A DNA stretch of 64,000 nt from Naegleria gruberi (Eukaryota). The stretch is taken from the NCBI GenBank assembly GCA_000004985.1, contig GG738845.1. One strand, written 5' to 3'. A program made the position numbers and the translations under genes. The notes beneath the pieces are model-generated. The model was not told the DNA's origin. It worked only from the letters and a program-made list of their open reading frames with translations, and did not search any database. Position 1 is the first letter of the stretch; the number at the start of each line of letters is the position of its first letter. Shown here piece after piece: positions 20,623-30,802 of the stretch.

Positions 20623-20961
20623 ATGTCCATCAGACACCACGCAGACCTAATCCTTTGCCGCAAACAACCTGGTATTGCCATAGGCAAACTTTGCAAAAAT
20701 TGTGATGGAAAATGTGTCATTTGTGATTCCACTGTAAGACCACAAACAAAAGTACACATTTGTGAGGAATGTAACTATGGAAGTTTACAAGGAAAATGTA
20801 TTATTTGTGGAGGAAAGGGGGTTTCCGATGCCTATTACTGCAAATCTTGTGTTTTACAAGAGAAGGACAGGGATGGATGCCCAAGAGTAATTAATGTCAG
20901 TCAAGCTAGAACAGATTTACATTTTGAAAAGAAGAAATATGTACAAGGGTCTAATCTATAG
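20623..20961 (+). CDS. PHF5A: PHF5A/Rds3 (SF3b complex 14 kDa zinc-finger subunit)
   Basis: 112-aa product '[80 protein letters not shown]'. It is near-identical in its cysteine pattern and overall sequence to human PHF5A. Confidence 0.92.
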   Translation: MSIRHHADLILCRKQPGIAIGKLCKNCDGKCVICDSTVRPQTKVHICEECNYGSLQGKCIICGGKGVSDAYYCKSCVLQEKDRDGCPRVINVSQARTDLHFEKKKYVQGSNL

Positions 20962-20962
20962 A

Positions 20963-21718
20963 TTAATCGAATCTTCTTGACATTTTAGATTGTGGTGTTG
21001 ACAGTGTATTATTGGAAGGAGGAATAGTCACCGAAGGAGCATTATTACCAACTACTGTATTTTGTTGTAAAGTGGGTGGATTTGAATTAGTTGCTCCCAT
21101 TTTCAATGAGTTTATCATTTCTGGAGGAATAAAATCCATTAGTCTTGAATTATTTACCAAATTATAAGCAGCATCATCTTGTAAATCTCTTTCCTGTTGA
21201 ATAGTATTTCCCATTTTTGCAAGAGTTTCTTTCAACATATTACTAAATTCAACAACCATACTTTGCATTTTCTGTTTTTGTTCTTCAATTTCTCTTTGTT
21301 TTAATTCAATAATTTGATCTTTTTCCTTCTTAACTTCATGAAGAGCAACTTTAGCAAGATGTAACTGATCTGCTAAAGAGGTATTCTTTTGCTCACTCGT
21401 ATTTAATTTTTCAATTAAAGTTTTTTGCAGAGCTTTGTATTGTCTAATCATGTCCGAGGCAATATGAAATCTTTCCATCTTTTCCTTTTCAAAATCTTCA
21501 TCCAATTGAGATAATTTTGACTTCATTTCCATCTCGGAGGCTCTTGCCTTTTGCGTTTGTTCAGATCTTAATACCATATACCTTTCTAACGTTTCAATGC
21601 GTAGTTTTAATTTTTTAATTTCCTCCTTTTGTTCCTGTATTAAGTCAGCATCTGTTTTCTCTCCAGGTTTGCTGTTTTTGTTTCCCTTTTGATTTTTGCT
21701 AGGTGTTTTAGAAGACAT
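20963..21718 (-). CDS. Coiled-coil protein resembling CCDC153/DRC12 (axonemal dynein regulatory complex); tentative
   Basis: 251 aa with ATG at 21718. It has a K/N-rich N-terminus followed by a coiled coil. Segments 'QKARASEMEMKSKLSQLDEDFE' and 'IASDMIRQYKALQ' parallel human CCDC153 '[22 protein letters not shown]' and 'IYAEMSRQCQALQ'. Its stop codon lies 1 nt from the PHF5A stop, in convergent orientation. Confidence 0.4.
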   Translation of the reverse strand: MSSKTPSKNQKGNKNSKPGEKTDADLIQEQKEEIKKLKLRIETLERYMVLRSEQTQKARASEMEMKSKLSQLDEDFEKEKMERFHIASDMIRQYKALQKTLIEKLNTSEQKNTSLADQLHLAKVALHEVKKEKDQIIELKQREIEEQKQKMQSMVVEFSNMLKETLAKMGNTIQQERDLQDDAAYNLVNNSRLMDFIPPEMINSLKMGATNSNPPTLQQNTVVGNNAPSVTIPPSNNTLSTPQSKMSRRFD

Positions 21719-21858
21719 TGTTTGAAATCAATTTTTTTGAAAGAAGTGATTGAACAATAAAAATAAAGGCGGGAGAGATACCAGGACAGTTTGTAGAGTC
21801 AGTTTAAAATTCTGTTACATTTTTGGCGGGAACATAACTACAACAACAAAGAAAAAAA

Positions 21859-23385
21859 ATGACGGAAATACAATCAAAGGGTTCTGAACAGTCTTCAAAG
21901 ACAATAATGTTCAATGTTTGTAAGAATGAGTACGGAACACCTAAAAACAACTTACAAAAGCTCTATAAAAAACTAAGGATGGAATATAAAACGATAATGT
22001 AAGTGATGATGACAATACAATTTCTAAAGAGTCCTGCAAATAGCAATGAAGAGGATTTTAACCTTGAAAAATTAAAACAAGCGGATTTGGTAATATTTTG
22101 TGGCCCTAGGTTGAAGTTTACAGAGCAAGAGGTACGTAAATTAATTTGGAATTTTCATACCCAACAATTGTAGTTTGCTGCCATAGGACAATATATTAAA
22201 GAGGGAGGAAGCGTGCTATTCCAATTAGGAGAGGGAGGTGAACCAAGATTTGAAACTAATATTAACTATCTTTTAGAAGAATGGGGTGTTTTCATTAATT
22301 CCGATACTGTGATCAGAACATCCTTCTTTAAATATTACCATCCAAAGGAAGTTTGTGTACAAAAGGGTGTGCTTAACAGATCAATTAATAGAGAGGCTGG
22401 TAAAGGAAACGATCTTGGTAGTGATTTATCAGATCCAAACTCTCACCTTACATTCGTTTATCCATATGGAGCCACTTTAAATGTTGAAAGTCCATCAACT
22501 GCCATTCTTGCTTCTGGGCATATTTCATATCCTGTTAATAGACCTGTATGTGCCTTTTATTCCTCCAAAAATGACAAAGGGAGAGTAGCTGTTATTGGAA
22601 GTGTTCATTTATTTGATGATAAGTGGCTGGAAAAAGAGGAAAACTCAGTTCTTCAAGATGTAATTTTCAAATGGCTGTTGTTTGGATTTGATTTGAATCA
22701 GATTGATGCAACTTCACCAGAAGTTAATGATTATCAATTCCTTCCTGATTCCAAATCACTTTCTGAAAAGGTTAAACCATGTCTACAGGAGAGCGAGGAG
22801 CTGCCCATTGATTTTACAGAATTGTTTGTGGACAAGATGTTTAAATTTGATACTGATTTGATACCTGAGGCTGTTAATTTATATGCTCAACTTGGTGTGA
22901 AACATTCACCTCTTACTTTGATTCCACCTGCTTTTGAAACTCCATTGCCGAGTTTAAGACCTGCAGTTTATCCTCCTTCACTTCGAGAATTTGCCCCTCC
23001 AGAAATTGACCTTTTTGATTTGGATGAACAATTTGCCTCTGAAGATGTTCGTTTGGCTCAACTCACTAACAGATGTACAGATGAGGATGCTGATTATTTT
23101 ATTCAGAAGGCTGGAGAAATTGTTGGTGTTACCAAATTATTGAAATCTGAATATTCTTTCAGTGCAAAACATATTCTTGAATTAATGTTTAGACAGATAG
23201 TGCAATTCAAGAAGGTTAATCCAAGTAATGAAGACATTTTGCCATCACATTTGAGGCACAATAAGGTTCTTCCAAAGTTGGCAAAAAATATTGAAACCAT
23301 ATCAAACCCTGTAACAAATCCTCCAACACCAATTTCTTCTCCACTCAGAGGAGGAAATTTGAGTGATGATGAATATGTAGATTAA
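21859..23385 (+). CDS. IFT52: Intraflagellar transport protein 52 (IFT-B core)
   Basis: Exons are 21859..21998, 22044..22131 and 22174..23385, with introns of 45 and 42 nt (donors gtaagt, gtacgt). The product 'TIMFNVCKNEYGTP...LVIFCGPRLKFTEQEFAAIGQYIKEGGSVLFQLGEGGEPRFETNINYLLEEWGVFINSDTVIRTSFFKYYHPKEVCVQKGVLNRSINREAGK' is collinear with human IFT52 ('...LWITAGPREKFTAAEF..VFVMLGEGGESRFDTNINFLLEEYGIMVNNDAVVRNVYHKYFHPKEALVSSGVLNREISRAAGK') and with the later 'PAVYPPSLREFAPPEIDLFDLDEQFASE' block. Confidence 0.9.
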
Positions 23386-23536
23386 AGATGTTAAAACTGT
23401 TTTAATATTACACTTATCCAACTTTGTATCTTTATTAATAATTATTGCTATTTTGCTATTTTCGTTTCAAAGCAGAAAAAATTCTTTTTTGGTCTTGTTG
23501 GTTATTAATATTTTGGCTTAAGACTCTTTAAAAAAA

Positions 23537-24295
23537 ATGCGTACACCATACATTGGAGGAAACTGGAAGTGCAACGGAACTGTTGAATCAATCAAACAAC
23601 TTGTCCAAGATTTAAATCAAGGACCTTCAACTGAAGGAAAAGTTGAAGTTATTGTTGCTCCATCATCTATCCACATTGGTCTTGTTCAATCACTTAACTT
23701 GAGAAAAGATTGGAAGATCAGTGCTCAAAATATTGTTCAAGAAAAGAACGGTGGAGCCTTTACTGGTGAAATCAGTGCTTCAATGTTGAAGGATTTAGGT
23801 ATCGATAGTACTCTTCTTGGTCATAGTGAACGTCGACATGTTTTTGGTGAGTCAAACACTGTTATTGCCAAGAAGGTAAAGGTTTCAGAGGAAGTTGGCT
23901 TGACAATTATTGGATGTGTTGGTGAAACTTTAGAAGAAAGGGAAAGAGGAGAAACCAATCAAGTCATTACCTCACAATTGAAGGATTTCAATGTTACTAA
24001 TTGGGACAAGTTTGTTATTGCTTATGAACCTGTATGGGCCATCGGAACTGGTAAAACAGCCTCTCCTCAACAAGCACAAGAAGCTCACAAGGTTTTGAGA
24101 GATTGGTTGGCTGATAATGTAAATTCCGAAGTTGCTCAAAAAGTCAGAATTATCTATGGTGGTAGTGTAAATAGTGCCAACTCTGATGAACTTATTAAGC
24201 AACCAGATATTGATGGATTCCTTGTTGGTGGTGCATCCCTCAAGAGCAAGGACTTCTTGTCAATTGTTAATTCTGGTTTGAAAAGTGTCGAATGA
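23537..24295 (+). CDS. TPI1: Triosephosphate isomerase
   Basis: Single-exon 252-aa ORF with a TGA stop. It contains 'GGNWKCNG', 'LGHSERR', 'IAYEPVWAIGTGKTASPQQAQE' and 'IIYGGSV'. Confidence 0.95.
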   Translation: MRTPYIGGNWKCNGTVESIKQLVQDLNQGPSTEGKVEVIVAPSSIHIGLVQSLNLRKDWKISAQNIVQEKNGGAFTGEISASMLKDLGIDSTLLGHSERRHVFGESNTVIAKKVKVSEEVGLTIIGCVGETLEERERGETNQVITSQLKDFNVTNWDKFVIAYEPVWAIGTGKTASPQQAQEAHKVLRDWLADNVNSEVAQKVRIIYGGSVNSANSDELIKQPDIDGFLVGGASLKSKDFLSIVNSGLKSVE

Positions 24296-24412
24296 CTCAA
24301 TTTAAGACAAAGTAAATTGTAATTTAAATTTTATTTACAATAGCTTCACATAATTTTTCATATTCAGAGCTGGTAGTTAAGGTTATTAGAATAATAACAA
24401 ATAATGCTCTAC

Positions 24413-27400
24413 TTACTTATTTTTGTGTTTAAACATGTTGAGGAAATTGAATCTGTAATCTTTGTTTTCCTTTAGGATAGTACTTAGTACACCAACATCA
24501 CAAAGGAGGGTTGCAATAAGGAGAGCATAGCCAATTGTTTCTCCTTCAACAAAACATTCTAATAAATGCTCTAGATCATTTTTCAAATCTGTTGTAATAT
24601 ATAATAGGTTTTGAGTGGTTGTAAAATATTCATGATTCAATAAGTGTTCGTTTTGTTTGGTATCTAACATATTGTTGACGGCTGACTTGTTGGCTCTTGG
24701 AATGTTGAAGGATTTGTGAATTTTGGAGAACATTTCCTCCCATGAGGGAGAATCTTCAATAAGTGTGGATGGGAATTTACCAGACTTGAGTTTCTCTCCA
24801 TCTTGTAACCATTTCTTCAAAGATACAGTCTTTATGGATCTCTCCAATTGGAGTAAGGCAAATAGATCACAACTTGTCATTAGTTCTCTCATCTGTATGG
24901 AAATGATACTTTCTACAATTGGATTATCTTCTTTCTCGGACATTTCAGTATTATCTTCAGCCTTTTTCTCCTCTTCTATTAAATTAATGAAACGCAAAAT
25001 GTCATTTGCTAATTCAAACTCTAATTGTGAGAGAGTAATGGTCAAGACTTGATATGAAAACTTCAAAACTTGATCAATACCTTCGGTGTGTTGTAATATT
25101 TTCAACATGTTAGCAGCTGAGTGTACGGATTTTTTATGGATGAAACTCTCAAACATAGCTAGAGGAGACTGTGGCAAACATTTGAAAATCTTGTCCCAAT
25201 GTACAATATCTGTTTTTCTCAAACAATTAACAACAATATCTAAAAGTGTTATTAATAATTTGTAATAAAGCTTACCATTAAATTGTGAAAAGTGGTGCAA
25301 GAAATTTACAACTTTCTGGAGGGAATCCCTCATATCTACTTTTACAAATTTGTGGTCCTCTTGTAATTTTTCAATTGATAAATAACTAGAGCTATCTGTA
25401 CTTCCCAAAGCACAATGTAGCATCCATTCCAAATTAGCAGTGAAGGAGGCCATTGGAGAATTTTGAAAGGCAGGTAAATTCTTGGTAAATGAAACCAACT
25501 TTTCATGATCCTCTTCCGAAGACTCAATCAAAAATCCTAATAAGAGGCCATGTATATAGGGGTACATTTTTGGTTGCATTTCATAATGAGGAAACCCCAG
25601 AGGATTTTCAAGAAACAAAATTTCACGACCACTAAATCTATGAGGAGAAAGATCTGAAATTTTGGTGGAAGACTTCTTCTTTTCTATAGGAGCACAAATT
25701 CTTTGTTTAACACTTTCTGATATTTGTAAAAAAACTCCAAACTCTTTTAACATTCCAATTGGCACACCCTCTGTATCGAAAGGGATTATATTTTTGACCT
25801 TGACATGGTTTAATTTTGGTAATTGTGAAAGATCTACAATTGATAAATCAGTTCCTCCTCTGCTCATTTTTCCATTAAAGGTAAAATAAACCATATTATC
25901 ACCAAACGATTTTTCTGTGTCAATCCAAATACCGTCAACTCCCCTCTCTAAGATGAGTTCCATTCTTGAACCATGTAATCTGAAGGCGCCAATATCTCCA
26001 TTCGTGTGTAAAAATATTAATCTGGTTGATGAGAGTAATTTAGTATTTTCAGAGGAATTGATACTACACCTAGAATGGCAAGAAACACTAATCATAGACT
26101 TTGGAGGTATTGAATGAAATTTAGACATGTCTATCACTTCAAGCTTTGTTAATGATACAGAAATACTATTATTATTACCATAGTCAATTGGGCATGTATA
26201 AATGTGTAGTGTCATTGATTCATCGTACATAAAAATCAAATGTACTAATTTCATTTGATTTTCTGTAATTCTTAACAATACAGATGTAGTATCAATAAAA
26301 AGAATATTTGAATTTGTAATTATACGCTTCTCTAATCTTGTTGTATCACTCAAGTGATGTTTTGGGTAGAGAAGTAATTCACTTTCACCAAGGTCATTTC
26401 TAGAAACAATTGCCAATACAATATTATCAATCCAAACCATTCCAATACAATTAATACAATACTCTTGTTCAAGATTTCCAAACATTCTCCACTTTTTAAC
26501 ATTTCCAGAATAAATTATACATCCTTTTCTTCCAGATAATGCTAAAGAATTACCATCAGGACTTGTAGCAACATTTTCTATAGGATAATTGAAACCAAGA
26601 TAGGAACGAGGTATTTCAAGAGGTTCCCAGTCAGCATTTACAAAATCAGTTCCAGAAGACATGTGAAATCTCAGTAATTTTTCGCTTGTTTGAAGTACAA
26701 CCTTAGAATTTTTACTTTGTGCAAAATTATTGGATAGAATACTCTTACAAAAAGTAAAATCAGCAAGGGTACTAGTACCATTAGAAACAGCAACGAGATG
26801 GCACCCGTCACTATTCCAAACAAGTGATCTGACACCAGATCCGAACGGTTCAATAAGCTTGTTTTTAGAAACATGTGTCTGATTGGTTTGAGACAGAATA
26901 CTACATGGTTCAATTCAATTGGTAAAAAAGTACTCACCTTTGCATTTCCTTTTCTGAAAATTGGGGTAAAGTTGTCATTATACAAATACCTGAAATGTGA
27001 AAAACAGCAAATCCCCTCTTACTGAATCCCACAGCTACCACTAAGCCATCATGGGGGCTGAAACATATGGATGCAACTGATCCAAGTTCTTTTCGTGTAG
27101 AAAAATACAGTTGTTAACATGATAGATTCATTACTAACCTTCATAGGTGAATCCTCTGTAGGCTAAAGAGAGACGAGATCTTTCAGTCAATTGATTGTTT
27201 TTTGCAATTTCAAAGAGAATAACCTGACTATTTTTACATCCAACAGCCAATAGATTATTTGCCTTATTAAATTGAACGCATACAGCCTCAAGATTTTCAA
27301 TAACTCGAAGAGTTCTAAGATTTTGTAAATCCATTGTCTTTTCTGAAATAATTATTAAAACTGCACCCAATTCTAACACAATAGCAAAAATATTATTATT

Positions 27401-28132
27401 GGTATTATAACTAAGGCTTTTGATAGACTTGATGAGAGAAATTCAACTCAAAATGTTATGAGAAACCTACAAGTAATCTGTCATCTTGCTCCACTAGTTT
27501 TTTTGATGTTGATGATAATTGTTGTAAAATAAAATCCGAGCCAATGTATTGGGAAAAGTTTTTTGATTTGCTCTTTTCAAATTCAGTTTTTGTAAAAAGT
27601 AAACCTCCAGTATTTGTTCCAATTATAATTCCAGTTTTTTTGTCTGATGCACATATCCCACCAATATTTCCATATTCACATTCCAACTCGGCATACTCGG
27701 AAATGTTTAATTTCTCATGAAAAGATGATGTATTATTTGTTCTTTGTTTGATATATTCTTGTTCATAGGAAGATCCAGATTGAACGGAATGTAGTTGATA
27801 TCCACTTATTTTAAAAACAAGTACTGAATTATTTGAAAGAGATACGATGAGTAGGGAATAGGAAGGGAATATCTTCCACAAAATATCGGCTTTTGGTAAA
27901 TATTTTACCTTTGCTCTATATTCTAAATGGTAACCATCCTATTTTCATTAAAATTGAATCACCATTTGCAAATAATTACCTGTTCAATTGTCCAAATAGA
28001 AATGTGTTTAGATGTTGCTACTGCCAACAAGGGTAAATTTTCGTTAAAAGCAACCCCACATATTTCCTCGTTTTCATCTATCCTGTCCACACATTTGATT
28101 GTGTTAACCCAACCAACAGGAAAGTGTACCAT
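24413..28132 (-). CDS. RIC1-like protein (Rab6 GEF complex partner; beta-propeller N-terminus); multi-exon
   Basis: ATG at 28132. Exon 1 encodes 'MVHFPVGWVNTIKCVDRIDENEEICGVAFNENLPLLAVATSKHISIWTIEQ', which parallels the human RIC1 N-terminus 'MYFLSGWPKRLLCPL...FAVLAAARLSIWY'. Several short exons between 27881 and 26671 (the ORF segments 27456..27881, 27134..27379 and 26671..26985 are in different frames) lead into a 749-aa terminal exon 24413..26662. Internal exon borders were not resolved exactly. Confidence 0.5.
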
Positions 28133-28213
28133 TTTTTTGATGATTTTTCATCACTTTCAAGAATGGTCCAAAAAACTGTGAGCTCATCCTACCTATAATT
28201 GATTTAAAAAATT

Positions 28214-28294
28214 CGCGGTCTACAGGATTCGAACCTGTGCGGGTCGCCCCAATTGATTTCTAGTCAATCACCTTAACCACTCGGTCAAGACCGC
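28214..28294 (-). tRNA. tRNA-Ser (anticodon AGA), class II tRNA with a long variable arm
   Basis: The minus-strand sequence GCGGTCT-TG-ACC-GAGTGGTTAAG-GT-G-ATTGA-CTAGAAA-TCAAT-TGGGGCGACCCGC-ACAGG-TTCGAAT-CCTGT-AGACCGC-G folds as a full cloverleaf. The acceptor stem (7 bp), D-stem (3 bp), anticodon stem (5 bp), variable stem and T-stem (5 bp) are all Watson-Crick. The T-loop is TTCGAAT and the anticodon loop CTAGAAA gives anticodon AGA. It is near-identical to metazoan tRNA-Ser(AGA). CCA is not encoded. Confidence 0.95.
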
Positions 28295-28348
28295 TTCATG
28301 ATGGCAAACAAACTAAAATTAATTGGTGAAAGGTATGAATTTTTACTT

Positions 28349-30715
28349 TTAATCGATTGACAGATTCAAGTCCCTTCTCCAGTGTAGGGGAAGTTTGCAT
28401 TGTGTAATGAGTGCTAAATATTTGATTTTCTCTTTGCCTGAAATCATATTCTGTGAAAAACAATAATCAATAAATGAAACCAGTTTGGTGTTGATGAGTT
28501 GGTGAACAATTTGATGGGCCAGTTTTTCAGAGCCATTTAGTGGTGGGTAAATTTCAAACCAAGGAAGTACGGATTCTGATATAATTGAAATACATTGTCT
28601 TACATATTCATCCACTAGACCAATGTCTTGTACTATTGAAGGGAATTTGAAATTATGTACAGTATTACATAATCTCTCAGTGATGGTCTCCATTATTTTT
28701 TTGTCTTCATTTGTGTTGGTAGGACTGGATAGTAAATACACTTTGTACTCTTTTACTATTTCTATAGCATTTCTGGTTTGAGTAAAGTCCATAGGATTGT
28801 AAATTTTAGATAAAGTATGCTGTATAAAAGGAAAGATGGTTTTTCTAATAATTTCTGGTAAAATTGTTTCCTCATCAATCTCATTGTTTTCACCGTAGTT
28901 AAAGAGCGTTTTCCAAAATTCAAATACTGAAAATGATGTACATAGTAATGGGCTAACAGACCAGGAAGGTAATTGGCCCTCAATATTTTTCATTTCACCA
29001 AAACTGATAGGGGAACCAGTAGTAAACAATTCATATCTTGAAAAGATTGAAAACATTTTTTGTAAACAAAGGCTGCAATATGTATCCCTATATAGGGAAG
29101 GATATTTGGATTTCCAACCCTCAAACCGAGTTTTCAGTAAAGTTAAACTATAATAATCCTCATCCACATCGTTGAAAACAGTTTTCATTTTTTCAACTAG
29201 TATTGCCACTTCCTGTAAAAATCTATCGTAGGTTATTTCTACTGTTCCATCTCCGCCAAAAGAAGCTGCACGCTCATATTGATCTTCTCTGTAAGCTGTT
29301 ATGAAAGAAGCATGTCCATGAAACGACTTTTCAAATAACTGTCTGTAATATCGCTCTTGTATGTCCAATATTTGAGATTCTATTATTTCAATCTCAGGAA
29401 GTTTTGTATCTAAAAGGTCCGATAAGTTGTCGGTAAATCTTCCCATTTCTTGGAAGTACTCATATTGTTCCTTGTATTGGTCTATATCTTCATTTAATTG
29501 AGAAAGATTCTTGGCGCAATGTTCGATATCGGTATTGGTATCTAAAACAACCTTCATACAGCCAGAATGAGAAATTTCAAGTTCTTTCATTCGTTCCAAT
29601 AATTGCTTTTCTACAATTTCAAAAGATTCTATAAGCTTGGTATCATTCTTTGAATCAAATCTATTAATGGATTCCTCTAACATTCTACTTTCTTCAATCT
29701 TTAGCATTGCTTCTTTTTCTACTTCTTCACTCGATTTGAATAAATTATTTTGTGTAAAAATTGTGGAAGAGTTTTCTGGAAGATACAAGCCTGCATTTCT
29801 CATTTGTTTCATTTCAAAATCAGTGATTTCTTTGTTTTTTTCTTCATCTTCAATAGATTCGGTATCATCCATCTCAATTTCTCCATATGATTCTTTTTGA
29901 TCTCCCTTATTCCTATCATCGTTAGGTTTTCCAAACATAATTTTTGATTCCTTCCAAGATTCGAACACTTCTTCATCCCTGTTAATAATTTCATCTATAT
30001 TATCTTCAAAATCATCATCTCTCACCAATCTTCCCTCATCTAGATTTTTATGTAAAACAATGTCTCCATTTTTCATAACTATTGAATAATTACTGTTGTT
30101 GGAAAATCCTAAACCGGGTTTATCCGGCATGTATTCAAGAGGTATGTATTCCTCAGATTCTGAAACTGTACTATTTTCTTGATTATTTCCTTCCCTAATT
30201 TTTTTTCTTTTCATCTTGATAGCCTGAATTGTAATATCGTCTGGTATTTCTGTTTGATCTTGATTAGTCATGACATCGTCGACAGTTAAATCCTCATCAT
30301 TAACATGTACCACTACTGTGGTAACTGTTGGCTCATGAATTATAGGGGTTTCCTGTACATTTCGTTTCCTTTTTTTAAGATCTGAAGTTGAAAATGTTGC
30401 ATTTTGTTTAGTATTCCTCTTTTCTCTCGGTTGAAATTTCAAAGTTGAGTCTTCTTGCTGTTTATAATTTTCTTGAAGTATTTGCTCATTGTGCATTGAT
30501 CCATACAATTCAAGAAAATCTATGGTAGTAGTATTGGATTTTTTCGTACTAGATGAAGTAACAGAAACTATTGCTTGCTTCTCCGATAATAAATCGCTAA
30601 TAGCCCGTTGGTCATTTTCATTTATAACGACACTGCTTTCATCCAACACTGTATTATTGGCACCTTCTTTGCCCCGTTGATTGGAGGAACTCTTCGCAAC
30701 CCTTTTTTTAATCAT
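28349..30715 (-). CDS. GCFC-domain-like protein (PAXBP1/TFIP11 family) with an acidic N-terminal half; tentative
   Basis: 788-aa ORF with ATG at 30715. It has a K/E/D-rich N-terminus with a coiled-coil, then a C-terminal region of about 350 aa rich in aromatic and helical residues ('FWKTLFNYGE...IIRKTIFPFIQHTL...LPWFEIYPPL') that resembles the GCFC domain of splicing/transcription factors. No G-patch was seen. Confidence 0.35.
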   Translation of the reverse strand: MIKKRVAKSSSNQRGKEGANNTVLDESSVVINENDQRAISDLLSEKQAIVSVTSSSTKKSNTTTIDFLELYGSMHNEQILQENYKQQEDSTLKFQPREKRNTKQNATFSTSDLKKRKRNVQETPIIHEPTVTTVVVHVNDEDLTVDDVMTNQDQTEIPDDITIQAIKMKRKKIREGNNQENSTVSESEEYIPLEYMPDKPGLGFSNNSNYSIVMKNGDIVLHKNLDEGRLVRDDDFEDNIDEIINRDEEVFESWKESKIMFGKPNDDRNKGDQKESYGEIEMDDTESIEDEEKNKEITDFEMKQMRNAGLYLPENSSTIFTQNNLFKSSEEVEKEAMLKIEESRMLEESINRFDSKNDTKLIESFEIVEKQLLERMKELEISHSGCMKVVLDTNTDIEHCAKNLSQLNEDIDQYKEQYEYFQEMGRFTDNLSDLLDTKLPEIEIIESQILDIQERYYRQLFEKSFHGHASFITAYREDQYERAASFGGDGTVEITYDRFLQEVAILVEKMKTVFNDVDEDYYSLTLLKTRFEGWKSKYPSLYRDTYCSLCLQKMFSIFSRYELFTTGSPISFGEMKNIEGQLPSWSVSPLLCTSFSVFEFWKTLFNYGENNEIDEETILPEIIRKTIFPFIQHTLSKIYNPMDFTQTRNAIEIVKEYKVYLLSSPTNTNEDKKIMETITERLCNTVHNFKFPSIVQDIGLVDEYVRQCISIISESVLPWFEIYPPLNGSEKLAHQIVHQLINTKLVSFIDYCFSQNMISGKEKIKYLALITQCKLPLHWRRDLNLSID

Positions 30716-30802
30716 TTTTTTTGTTGGTTGAACGTGTTTTTACTTAAAAAATTATATTCATCAAGTTTTATTGGACACTACTTGATAATTATCACAACTA
30801 GG

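Noticed and set aside
28214-28294. Possible amber-suppressor tRNA (anticodon CTA)
   Set aside because: That reading puts a non-U at position 33 and uses a 4-bp stem. The correct register (stem ATTGA/TCAAT, loop CTAGAAA) gives a canonical U33 and anticodon AGA. The whole molecule matches tRNA-Ser(AGA).
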